In this document: piece by piece, positions 48,716 to 60,626 of the stretch | Numbering within the stretch: the first letter of the stretch is position 1 | Layout of the letters: every line of letters begins with the position of its first letter | NCBI RefSeq assembly: GCF_001194135.2 | Contig: NC_068983.1 | Location: 68,243,841-68,307,840, forward strand | DNA: 64,000 nt | Reading direction: 5' to 3' | From: Octopus bimaculoides | Taxonomy: Eukaryota | Notes under the pieces: model-generated | Databases searched by the model: none | What the model was told of the DNA's origin: nothing | What the model saw: the letters and a program-made list of their open reading frames with translations, nothing else | Translations under genes and position numbers: made by a program

Positions 48716-49104
48716 GGTGTGTGTGTGTGTGTGTGTATTAATTTCCGTTTTCAATTTATCACATAAAATAGGATTCATGAATATCATACTTGCACTGAAC
48801 ATCAATCTTGGAAAAAATAATATCTATATCTGCTATTCGCTTGGCATTTTTTAAGTATACATGTTATTACACAATTCAAAAACATCAGTTTTTCGTTTTC
48901 AACCTCCACTTCATTGATGACTGATTTTCTGAGTACTAATAAATAGTCCGGCACCTCTTTTAGTCCGGACAAATTACGACATGGTACCTGAAATTCCTCC
49001 GACCGCCAAACAAGGGTGTCACTGTTTACTTTATCACTGATACTGATCGTTCTCGATTTTGTGTGATATTTTTAAGGATTATTTTACACACATTTAATCT
49101 GAAC

Positions 49105-50736
49105 ATGGCTTCTAAGAAAGATGCAAGTGTCGGTTGTGGTGTAAAGCGTAAACACCAGTCGATATCGATAAAAGATAAGGTAGAACTATTGCAAAAACTG
49201 GAAAGTGGCGTTTCAATACGAAAACTATGCAATATGTATGGCATCGGTTCATCAACTGTTTACGATATAAAGAAGCAGAGAGAGAAACTATTTAAATTCT
49301 ATATAGACAGTGGTTGCAAGAAGCAGATGGGTGTAAGAAAAACTATGAAAGGTGTTAAAAGTATTGAACATGATCGAGCAATGAAGGATTGGATTCAAAA
49401 ACGTCGGCTTCATGGAGAGGAATTAACAAGTAATATGTTAATGGAACAGGCTAAGATTTTCCATCGTCAACTTAATTTAGATTATGAATGTGATTATAGT
49501 GAAGGATGGCTTCAAAGGTTTAAGAGACGTCAGGGGATTTCCTTACAGAAATTGTCTACGGATAAACGGTTTGCGAAGGAAGGAACTGTCGAGTATATTC
49601 AGGAATTTTCTAAATTTATAACTCGCGAGTATCTTACCCCCGAACAAGTGTATAATGCCGATGAAACGGTATTATATTGGAGATGTATACCAAAAGGTGT
49701 TTTGACCAGAGAGGACAAAGAAGGATTTGAACGATCTAGGGAAATAATTACTATTTTAGGATGCTCAAACGCAGCAGGAACCCACAGATGTAAACCACTA
49801 GTTGTAGGGAAAAGTAAATGTTCAAAGGCGTTGAAAGACACAAAAGAATACCCAATAATATACCGTACAAATAAAAACGGCAACATTACCACTGCCATTA
49901 CTTTAGAATGGTTAGAAAAATATTTTGTGCCAGAAGCCAGAGCCCACTGCACATCCGTAGGGCTACCAGAAGACTGCAAAATTCTTCTCATTTTGGATAA
50001 CTGCTCGACTCACCCTAAGGCTGAACTAAGTCAAAAGAATGTTTTTACTTTGTATTTACCACCAAACTGTGCATCGCATATCCAGCCACAAGAGCAAGGA
50101 ATACTTGACTGTCTGAAAACAGAGTACCGCTTACTTTTCATGAGACATATATTAGATGTAGTAAATACTGGTATGCCTTTAGAGAAATTTATGGCAGAAT
50201 TTAAAATAGATGACCTGCTTTATTATATTGCTAACGCTTGGCAGAACCTAACAACATCAATACTAAAGGCTGGCTGGCATAAGTTATGGCCTAAGTTGAT
50301 GCATGATAATCCAATTGAAGAAAAGTTTGGATATAACTGGACAGGATTTCATTTACAAAAGGAAAAAGAAGTTGTCGATGAGTTGCTGGATTATGCTGAG
50401 AATATTACTGGAGATGATGCGAAATGCCTAGCAGATAAACTTAATAACGAAAACCTGTCTGAATGGTTAAGTATCGACGAAATATCACCTATTGTCTATC
50501 ACAATGCTGGTCCCGATGTTGTAGGTGTTTCTCTGATTTCTGGCAGCAACAGCGGTGTTGAAGAATGCAAAGATAAAAATGAAATTGATGAAAGATTTAG
50601 TATTGAGAAGATAATTGACTTGTTGGCTGAAGTAATTACAGGGTTAGAACAACGTAACTTTATGAGTAAACAAGAGCTAATGAGTCTATATTTGATATAT
50701 GAAAAGCTACATGTGGAAAAATCAAAGCAATTGTAA
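49105..50736 (+). CDS. Tigger/pogo-derived protein (TIGD/Jerky-like: psq-HTH + CENP-B HTH + DDE_1), intact 543-aa ORF
   Basis: KRKHQSISIKDKVELL...YGIGSSTVYDIKK; YSEGWLQRFKRR; QVYNADETVLYWR; ILLILDNCSTHP; IQPQEQG. Uninterrupted ORF from ATG at 49105; no paired TIRs seen. Confidence 0.9.
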   Translation: MASKKDASVGCGVKRKHQSISIKDKVELLQKLESGVSIRKLCNMYGIGSSTVYDIKKQREKLFKFYIDSGCKKQMGVRKTMKGVKSIEHDRAMKDWIQKRRLHGEELTSNMLMEQAKIFHRQLNLDYECDYSEGWLQRFKRRQGISLQKLSTDKRFAKEGTVEYIQEFSKFITREYLTPEQVYNADETVLYWRCIPKGVLTREDKEGFERSREIITILGCSNAAGTHRCKPLVVGKSKCSKALKDTKEYPIIYRTNKNGNITTAITLEWLEKYFVPEARAHCTSVGLPEDCKILLILDNCSTHPKAELSQKNVFTLYLPPNCASHIQPQEQGILDCLKTEYRLLFMRHILDVVNTGMPLEKFMAEFKIDDLLYYIANAWQNLTTSILKAGWHKLWPKLMHDNPIEEKFGYNWTGFHLQKEKEVVDELLDYAENITGDDAKCLADKLNNENLSEWLSIDEISPIVYHNAGPDVVGVSLISGSNSGVEECKDKNEIDERFSIEKIIDLLAEVITGLEQRNFMSKQELMSLYLIYEKLHVEKSKQL

Positions 50737-53700
50737 CGAATTTTCTGAAATGAAAAGCCTAGCCTCAAGCATTATATCGTGTAAGAGACCAACGTACATC
50801 ACCTTTTACTGAATTGACTCTTATTGAGACAGACCATCACTAGTCGTTTAACGTTCTGCACTTATCATTGTATACAAAACAGTAAGACGAAAAGATAAGG
50901 CATAATGGCTGTGAATGTTGAACTACTGATGGCGATATGGATAAAGCTTAAATCTTACCATTGTGCCGTGCCCCTAAGCAAGGTACATAACTCTGCTTAC
51001 TTCAGTGCACCTGATTGACATATAAGTTTCACTCCCTACTTCATAGTTGAATGGTAAGTGCTACAAGTAAAACTATCCCACCCGTGCTCGCACAAGAAAA
51101 TGGAAGTTGAAATTGTGTAATGTATTTGCATCCAAAAACGTTGTATTGTTTTCTCCTTCCTCACACCATAAAAGCATGTTGAAACTGTTATCTATAAAAA
51201 TGCATATTAATAACATAACCCAACTTCTATGAATTTGAGGCTGCATTGAACATTTTTAACTTTACGACTTTGGTGTTGGTAGTACTACAAAATACTTTGT
51301 AAGTACAGATATTGATAAAACTTTTATTTTTATTCAACTTATTAAATTGTATCATGACTGTTTAATTATTTGATTAAAGTGTGTAATTTATATACCACTA
51401 ATGCATTTTGGAAAGAGTTACATATGATTGACTTGATAGTATCAACCTTCCAGATGACTGTTAATTGCTCTCTAACATACTTAATGCAATAAGCCAAGAA
51501 ATTTTAAGTAATTAAAATTGCACTCATAGTATTGAGAAAAATATGTACTATTGTTTATTTCTGGTCAAAAAAGGAGGGGAGGCAACCTAGAATTTAAAAT
51601 TAATTAAAAATATAATATAATGGAAAGTAAGTTTGTTTTCATAGTACAGTGACAACAGTTTACTGCACAATGTCCATAACCAAGACAATTCTCTCTGGTT
51701 CAGATCATTTATCTGTGAATATGTAACATGAAGTGCAGCTCACCATTATAGCACTGAACCACTGTAAGTAGTGTCTTGTTGGTTTGCTTTGCTGAGTTGA
51801 AGTTATATTTTCCTGGGATAAGCAATGAGAAACTATTTCAGTGTTTTGTTTCTTGAAAATAGTGCAGATTAAAGTTTTAAAAATAGCTTTCTGAAAGGCA
51901 TATGAGTCTCACAATTCAATATCATTTCCTTTAAAGATCCATGCATTTGGACATATGTTTAGATAAGTAACAGAAAAAAAGGTAAATCTTTTGTAGTCAT
52001 TTCTAAGATCTGATTTTGATTCTCAGTTGAAGATAATTCACTTATCCACATAATTTTCTTCTTGGTCAAGACATGGTTATTGCATAACCTGATTTCTATT
52101 CTTTTACACATTTTTGCTATTATACTTTTGTAAAAAAAAAGTAATAAATACCTTTAGTATTATATTTATGCTTTAGTATTTGATTAATTAATCTAAATAG
52201 CATAAAATATGTGAACTTAATAGTTAACATATTTTTCCTCACAATGGATCACTTCAATGAGAAAAAGCAACTAGAAGAGCTTTAAAATATTCATGGACAT
52301 TAGTTATTTTATTGTTCCTAACAAAATATAATGGAAATATATAATTCATTAATAGATAAGAGAGGAACATAATTTTTAATAACACACACATACACATGCA
52401 CACACATATGCATATACTTGGGTCTAGTTCATATTGGAAAGTGGTTGGCAAATAGGAAGGGCATCCAACCAGAAAATCCATGAAATACAGTACACAACAA
52501 CAAAGATTGGTAGTTTTCTTAGCTGTTTTGTATGTTAGACTACAAAGAACCATGCCAGGTGGCTAAACACTGTTATCCAAGCCATGCCATCATGGAAAAG
52601 CAAACTATATGCAGTAAATAATATTATACAAATTTCAATGTAAATATATATAAGATTTAAACTTCATGACTCAAAACTTATATTGGATAAATAAATATTA
52701 CATTTTCTTGTCAACTGACACATTATCCAACAAGCTGTTTTATTCAAGTTGGTAGGGTATAATTTGAATGAGATATGGTTGTTATTTCTAGCTGATCTAG
52801 CAACCAGTGTGAGGCTCTCTCATTGAGTCAAAAATTGTTGTTATTCAAAATTGGTGGGTGAGTTATATACTTTTGCAATTTTGAAATTGATGCTGGTGAA
52901 TGCCTAGATGTACTTGTCCTCAACCTTCTGGAAATTTGCTTTATTGAAGTAGAAGCTGCTTATTTTGTTGTTCTGTAATTTTCTTGCAAATTACATCATG
53001 TGGTTCTGAGTTGCCTGCACACTGGAATTAACAGTTAACATTTTAAATCCCACTATAGTGATTTGTATTAGCAGTAGCATGCTCCCCGTGATCCCTTGTT
53101 GCAATAAACACTGTACCACATACAATTGCTATTTTGTAACACGAGAGACTCATGAGCCAATAATGAAGCCTCTATATGGTCATTCACTCTGCCTGAACCA
53201 GTTCTCATATAAACATTCTGTACATCTAATTTCTGCAGACATACTCAGAATTCAACCACTCAAATGCACTCAAACGCACTCAAACTCCAGTGTTATTAAG
53301 TTAATTACCATAATGATAAGCAAATGCATCAGCAACTTTTTCTCTAATGAGGTAACTTTCCACATGGTTGAGAACAAATATAATCAGATACCCACTGGCA
53401 GTAATTTAGAAAAGAACAGAAAAGTATATAATTCACCACTACAAATAGCAAAAAAATCTTTGAGTCAATGTGAGAGCCTCTACATGGTTGTTAGGCTAGC
53501 TAGAAATAGCTGGTGTGTCACTCACAAATTACCCTATCATTTAATAAAAAATGACACATTAAATAATGTGGTTCAGGGTCCTCTGCACATAGGAAAAAGG
53601 TAGTGTGGACACGAACAGAATACCTTTGATTATAGGGCTGACCTGGAGCTAGGCAGCAACAACCAAATCCTTGGATTAGGGAGAGAAATACTATCTGGTT

Positions 53701-54506
53701 CAACCCACCTTTCTACAAAACTGTCTTAATCTGCATAGTGAATCAATTCTTCTCCCTAATCAATAAATGCTTCTACAAAGTAAAAATGAACTCCACAAAT
53801 TATTTAACAACAAGAATACTATGAAAGCCATGCGTATAGAACATCAGTAAGGTACATTGCACAAATTTTTCCATTTAACATACCACAGGGAAAATCAAAA
53901 ACAAATTACTGCAACTACCAAAATCCTGACTAGTTGTGCTCTATGGACTTCCCAATGCAGGAATGACTGCTTTTTGCATCAGGCTAAATCCCCCCCCGCA
54001 AAAAAAAGAAACCGTAATTGTATTGTACAACAGAGCCTCACTTTTAAAAACAGACTATTCAAGCACATCTCTTTCAGCCACCACCACAAGGAAATTAATG
54101 CATCTGTCTCAAAGTAAATCTGGCAGAAAAAAGATATGTGTAAGACTACTGATATCACAAAGTCTACATTGCTTAGAGCCAACCGATGCCATAATAAAAT
54201 ATACTATAAACCTCCCATGCTGGTAAAAGAAAAGACAGATGTTGACTTGTAGACACAATCTGAAGTTCTTGTTCCTTAAGAAGTGAGAAGAACAGCAGGC
54301 TGATGAACAAGGCACAGCTTGTCTTTTGCTTACTCAATTCTTATGGAATCTCCCTGGAGAAGAATGTGTCTAAATTCATTCTTTTATTTTTTTACTTGTT
54401 TCAGTCATCTGACTGCAGGCATGCTCAAGCATATACTAATCTAATATATATTATACACACACGCACACACACATATATATATACATACATTTATATATGT
54501 ATATTT

Positions 54507-54758
54507 GGTGGCACGTAAAAAACACCATTTTGAGTGTGGCTGTTGCCAGTACCGTGTGACTGGCCCTCGTGCTGATGGCACGTAAAAGCACCCACTACAC
54601 TCTCGGAGTGGTTGGCGTTAGGAAGGGCATCTAGCTGTAGAAACCCTGCCAAATCAGATTGGAGCCTGGTGCAGCCTTCTGGCTTGCCAGTCCTCAGTCA
54701 AATCATCCGCTTTCCATGCTAGCATGGAAAGCGAACGTTAAATGATGATGATGATGAT
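54507..54758 (+). mobile_element. 3' end of RTE LINE
   Basis: Shared 3'UTR with (GAT)n tail. Confidence 0.85.
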
Positions 54759-55007
54759 AAAGTCACATTTGTTTTTATTAGAAGCGTCGAATGTGTATTG
54801 TACGATACAACAAAGAAGGTGATATTTTTTCGAATGCTTGTTAGGATAATTTATCCATTATTTCTGCTGTTCTAATGGCAATGCTGCATTAAAAAAATAT
54901 CACCTTGTTTGTATCATAAAATATATGTATATGTGTGTGTGTGTATAACCTTATCCATCTATTGTTTTCATAATTGGTCATAATGTCTTACGTTTAAGAT
55001 GATTCCC

Positions 55008-55101
55008 ATGCTTTCCCTGATGAGAAGGTTACAATTTTAATATCAAAGAGCCCTATGGATCACACAGGTTGTAATCCTTTGAAACATATGTAGGAATATG
55101 C
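55008..55101 (+). ncRNA. Candidate type I hammerhead ribozyme (Penelope-type)
   Basis: CTGATGA at 55017-23, stem II GAAGGTTACAA/TTGTAATCCTTT, GAAA at 55081-84, palindromic stem III ACATATGT, GUA cleavage triplet, stem I TTCC/GGAA. Confidence 0.55.
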
Positions 55102-55320
55102 AATTATAACATGCGCTTTCTCTATTCCTTAAATTCTTAAATATACTCAAATACCCAAAATTTCAAGGAGTTCCTGCCTTAAAAACAAGAACTAAACCAC
55201 AATTATTTTGTGTTCTTTGCTACATTGGTTTCTATTAACCCATTTATTCTATCAGAAGAATTTTTATTCATTAAGATAGAAGAAATACACATAAATATAT
55301 ATATATGTGTGTGTGTGTGG

Positions 55321-55354
<34 letters not shown>

Positions 55355-55439
55355 GTTGTTGTACTTGGGGATGGTCATATTGCCAGTTTAGCCAATAAAA
55401 ACACACGCACTGTATATTTGGTGTTAATTTGCTTCAGCT

Positions 55440-55921
55440 TTATATTACATTAATCTTAATCTTATTTCGGCCAGAGTTCTTTCGTCACACTTCTGTGACC
55501 TCATCAGTGGTCCTTTGTTTCNNNNNNNNNNNNNNNNNNNNNNNNNNNNNNNNNNNNNNNNNNNNNNNNNNNNNNNNNNNNNNNNNNNNNNNNNNNNNNN
55601 NNNNNNNNNNNNNNNNNNNNNNTTATTGGTTTATGGGTAACATGTTGTCACATGCTGTGGTTTGTTAGTGGTGTGTGTTAGTTCTAGTTTCCTATTCAGG
55701 CTAGGTTTCTCTTCTATTATGTGTGTAGCTTCAGTAATTTGTCTAAGTGCTGCATCACTGCTATGTGTAGATAAGATTTTAATTTCTATGTTGTTGATTG
55801 AGCCTCTATGTTCTTGCTCAGCGTGCTGGTACAGAACTGATGAGTTCTTCCCTTCCTTAAGTTCCCTCCAATGTTCGTTTGCCCGCTCCCCTATGCTCCT
55901 TGCTGTTTCACCTACATATGT

Positions 55922-55925
<4 letters not shown>
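55440..55925 (-). mobile_element. Penelope-like element 3' fragment (GIY-YIG endonuclease plus pLTR start), spanning a gap
   Basis: TYVGETARSIGERANEHW...LYQHAEQEH...ALRQITEATHIIEEKPSLNR; followed by a CTGATGAGG..GGCCGAAA motif. Confidence 0.85.
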
Positions 55926-55951
<26 letters not shown>

Positions 55952-55958
<7 letters not shown>

Positions 55959-58900
55959 CATCGTTTAACGTCCATTTTCCATGCTAGCATGGGATGGATG
56001 GTTCGACTGGCGTCTCCGAAGCCAGGAGGCTGCACCAGGCTCCAGTCTGATCTGGCAGTGTTTCTACAGCTGGATGTCCTTCCTCACACTAACCACTCCG
56101 TGAGTGTAGTGGGTGCTTTTTGCATGCCACTGGCACAGGAGCCAGAGGAGGCTGGCAACGGCCATGATTAGTAGGTGCTTTTTATGTGCCACTGGCACAG
56201 AAGCTGATCAAGGTGACGCTAGCATCGGCCATGTTCAGATGGCATGTTCGGATGATACCAGTGGGTATCACAACTACAATTTCCATTTGATCTTCATTTT
56301 GATGTTAATGTTGATGTACTTGACTCAATAGGTCTCCTCAAGCACAGCAGGTCACCCATGATCCAAGGTACTTTTGAATGGGCTGGGGCTGGTTATGTGA
56401 AACTGGTGTAGGATACAGTCGTGAACTCACTTTATTTGTTGGGTCTTCTCAATCACAGCATATCTCCAGAGGTCTCGGTCTTTCGTCATTGCCACTGTGA
56501 AACCCAACATTCAAAGTTGCTTTACCACCTCATTCCATGTCTTCCTGGATCTACCTCTACCCTGGATTCCTTCAACTGTTTGGGAGTGGCACTTCTTCAC
56601 ACAGCTCTCCTCATCCATCCGTAGTACATGACCATACCAGCGCAAACATCTCCCTTGCATGCCACATCTGACACTTCTTCTGTCCAACATTTCTCTCAAG
56701 GCGCTTACACTCTGTCATGTGTGCACACTGACATTACACATCCAGCAGATCATGCTAGCTTCCTTTCTTTCAAGCCTACGCATGTCTTCCACAGTCATGG
56801 CCCATGTTTCACTGCTGTGAAGCATGGCAGTTCGCACACATGCATCGTACAATCTACCTTTCACTTTGAGCGAGAGGCCCTTTGTCACCAGTAGGGGTAG
56901 AAGCTTTCTAAACTTTGCCCAGGCTATTCTTATTCTAGTGGTAACACTCTCTGAGCATCCACCCCTACCACAGACTTGGTCACATAGGNNNNNNNNNNTT
57001 CTAAACTTTGCCCAGGCTATTCTTATTCTAGTGGTAACACTCTCTGAGCATCCACCCCTACCACAGACTTGGTCACATAGGTAGCGGAAGCTATCAACTA
57101 CTTCTAGTTTTTCCCCCTGGGGTGTGATGGAATCTGTTTTCTGAGCATCTGTGGTGTTTATTACCCCTGTGCATCTGCCGCACACGAAAGCTATCGTCCC
57201 GGTTAATCTTCCTTTGATGTTGCTGCACCTTACACTGGGTACATCTTATGGAGTTTCTACCTACACCTTTTCTACAGATCTAACAGGGCCTCCTACCTGA
57301 GGGTGTGTGTGATGTGTTTGCCTTCCTACTTACTAGAACATTGGTCTTTGCTACATTGACTCTAAGGCCTTTTGATTCTAAACCTTGCTTTCACACCTGA
57401 AATTTCTTCTCTAGTTCTGGTGGGGATTCTTCTATGAGGGCCAGGTCATCAGCATAGAGGAATTCCCAGGGGCAACCTCTGTTATTGCCTGGTGGATTAT
57501 GATGAATAAAAGGGGACTGAGGGCTGATCCTTGGTGGACCCCTACTTCTACCCGGAATTCTTCACTATACTCATTGCCAATCCTAACCTTACTAATGGCC
57601 TCTCTGTATAGGGCCTGTACAGCCCTTATTAACCAGTCGTCAATCCCCAGTTTCCACATCGCCCACCAGATAAGCAATCGGGAGACCCTGTCAAAGGCTT
57701 TCTCCAAGTCCACAAAAGCTAAGTATAGGGGGTTATCTTTAGCTAGATATTTCTCCTGCAGTTGTTGAACCAGGAATATAGCGTCAGTAGTGCTTCTACC
57801 TGGCACAAAGCCCAACTGCATCTCATCTAAGCAGACACTCTCCCTAATGAGATGGGCTATGACCCTCTCCGTAACCTTCATCATCTGATCCAGCAGTTTG
57901 ATACCCCTGTAGTTATCTCTATCTAGAGCATCACCTTTACCCTTGTAGCAGTTGACCATGGTGCTGCTATGCCAGTCATTGGGTATGACTCCATCATGAA
58001 CTACCTGGTGACTACACCACCATAGCCCACACCACCAGATGTTTTAAGCATCTCAGCAGTGATTCCTGATGGGCTGGGGTCTTTTCCTGGCTTCATACCC
58101 TTAATTGCTTTATCTACCAGGGAGCTGTCTATTTGGATAGCTGGTCCCACTACTGGGTCAACATTTGGCAGGCTCTCCTCCTCCCATTCATTCTCCACGT
58201 TCAGCAGTCTTTCATAATGGCTCCTCCAAGCCTCTTTCTTTCCTGAATCATTAAAAGTAAGTGCACCATCATCCATGCAGACACATTTCTCTCCTGTGAC
58301 ATCACAATTTTCTCTCACACACTGTCTTGCAATCCGGAATACTTCAGTTCTTTGGTCCTCATGTCGCTGGACATGGGCAAATTTCTTCTTTTCTGCTTTG
58401 CCCTTGGCTATGTATACCTGCTGCCCAGCCACCCTTTTGGCTACCTGGTACAGTTCCCTGCTTGTGGAGGCGCAATGGCCCAGTGGTTAGGGCAGCGGAC
58501 TCACGGTCATAGGATCGCGGTTTCGATTCCCAGACTGGGCGTTGTGAGTGTTTATTGAGCAAAAACATCTAAAGCTCCACGAGGCTCCAGCAGGGGATGG
58601 TGGCGAACCCTGTTGTACTCTTTCACCACAACTTTCTCTCACTCTTACTTCCTGTTTCTGTTGTGCATGTAATTCAAAGGGTCAACCTTGTCACACTGTG
58701 TCACGCTTAATATCACCAAGAACTACGTTAAGGGTACACGTGTCTGTGGAGTGTTCAGCCACTTGCATGTTAATTTCACGAGCAGGCTGTTCTGTTGATC
58801 GAATCAACTGGAACTCTCGACGTCGTAAGCGACGGAGTGCCAACAACAGTTCCCTGCTACCCCCCACCCTTCCAGGCTTTCCAGCCCTGTTTCTTTGCTC

Positions 58901-59515
58901 TAATGGCTTTGTCTACCGTATTATTCCACCACCACATAACTCTAGGTCTGGAAGGGCCTTTGCACCATCCGCAGACTTGGTCTGTGGCACTCAGTAAGCT
59001 GTCCCATAGGAATTTCCAGCTGCCTTCTATGTCCGATGCCTGTAGCTCCTCCTCCCTCTCATCAAATTTCTTCATGAGGATGTCTCTAAATCTCTGACCA
59101 TGTGAAGGGTTCTTTAGCTTCCAAACCCTTCTCTTCTGGATTCGTCTGTTTCTTGGCATCCTTCTGGCCTCGAGTCTTAAGTCACTAATGACTAGTGTAT
59201 GCTGAGAGGTGCATTCACCTGGGAGGGTCTTTGTATTTAAGAGCAACCCTGTGTCCCGCGGTCTGGTGAGAATGAAATCAATCTGGCTAGCAGAGTCACC
59301 TGATTGATAGGTTATCAGGTGGTTGTCTGGCTTCCTGAAGTTAGTGTTGCAGATTAAAAGGTTACATGCATCACAGAACTCCAGTAGCCTATTTCCTTCA
59401 TCATTTCGGGAGCTTATACTATGGCTTCCGTGTACACCAGTAAAGATACTGGATTGCCACCCAACATACCCATTAAAACCTCCAGCCACAAAGATGAGGT
59501 CATTGTCACTCATCT
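55952..59515 (-). mobile_element. RTE-clade LINE (APE endonuclease + RT), 5'-truncated and disrupted
   Basis: APE motifs (VAGGFNGYVG, GNRLLEFC, SQIDFILTR), RT motifs (YRGIKLL, AFVDLEKAFDRV, GVHQGSALSP, LYADDL), 3'UTR and (GAT)n tail at 55952; a SINE is nested inside. Confidence 0.95.
58463..58845 (+). mobile_element. SINE family C nested in the RTE LINE, 13-bp TSD
   Basis: ACAGTTCCCTGCT at 58450-62 and 58846-58; near-identical to 27132-27521. Confidence 0.92.
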
Positions 59516-59597
59516 TTGAGGTAGCCTGTAGATGGGTATCATAAAAATGGTTATGTTTATATATATATATGTATATATGTTTGTGCATATATTTGTA

Positions 59598-59652
<55 letters not shown>

Positions 59653-60017
59653 NNNNNNNNNNNNNNNNNNNNNNNNNNNNNNNNNNNNNNNNNNNNNNNN
59701 NNNNNNNNNNNNNNNNNNNNNNNNNNNNNNNNNNNNNNNNNNNNNNNNNNNNNNNNNNNNNNNNNNNNNNNNNNNNNNNNNNNNNNNNNNNNNNNNNNNN
59801 NNNNNNNNNNNNNNNNNNNNNNNNNNNNNNNNNNNNNNNNNNNNNNNNNNNNNNNNNNNNNNNNNNNNNNNNNNNNNNNNNNNNNNNNNNNNNNNNNNNN
59901 NNNNNNNNNNNNNNNNNNNNNNNNNNNNNNNNNNNNNNNNNNNNNNNNNNNNNNNNNNNNNNNNNNNNNNNNNNNNNNNNNNNNNNNNNNNNNNNNNNNN
60001 NNNNNNNNNNNNNNNNN

Positions 60018-60368
60018 ACATTGGGCCTCACCGAGGCAATGACTACTGACCGAGACCTTTGGAAATGTGCTGTGCGTGAGAAGACCCGGCAAGCCAAGTA
60101 AGATCGTTGCCAGTGCTCCTGGACTGGCTCTTGTGCGGGTGGCACATAAAAGACACCATTTCGAGCGTGGCCGTTTTTGTGCGGGTAACACGTAAAAGCA
60201 CCCACTACACTCTCTGAGTGGTTGGCGTTAGGAAGGGCATCCAGCTGTAGAAACTCTGCCAAATTAGATTGGAGCCTGGTGTTGCCATCTGGTCTGCCAG
60301 TCCTCAGTCAAATCGTCCAACCCATGCTAGCATGGAAAGCGGACGTTAAACGATGATGATGATGATGA
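60018..60368 (+). mobile_element. RTE LINE 3' end including ORF stop (60101), 3'UTR and (GAT)n tail
   Basis: TLGLTEAMTTDRDLWKCAVREKTRQAK* joined directly to the abundant 3'UTR repeat. Confidence 0.92.
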
Positions 60369-60487
60369 TATATATATATCATGCTAGCATGGAAAGCGGA
60401 CGTTAAATGATGATAATGATGATGGTATATATATGTGTGTGTGTGTGTGTGTATATGAATAAATATATATAGGTATATATATGTATG

Positions 60488-60518
<31 letters not shown>

Positions 60519-60626
60519 ATATATATATGTGTATGTATATATAGATAGATAGATCTATATGTATATATATGTGTGTATATAGATGCATATGTATATATGT
60601 GTGTGTATATATATATAGATGCATAT

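Noticed and set aside
56927-57084. Apparent tandem duplication within the RTE LINE around a 10-N gap
   Set aside because: Assembly overlap artefact.
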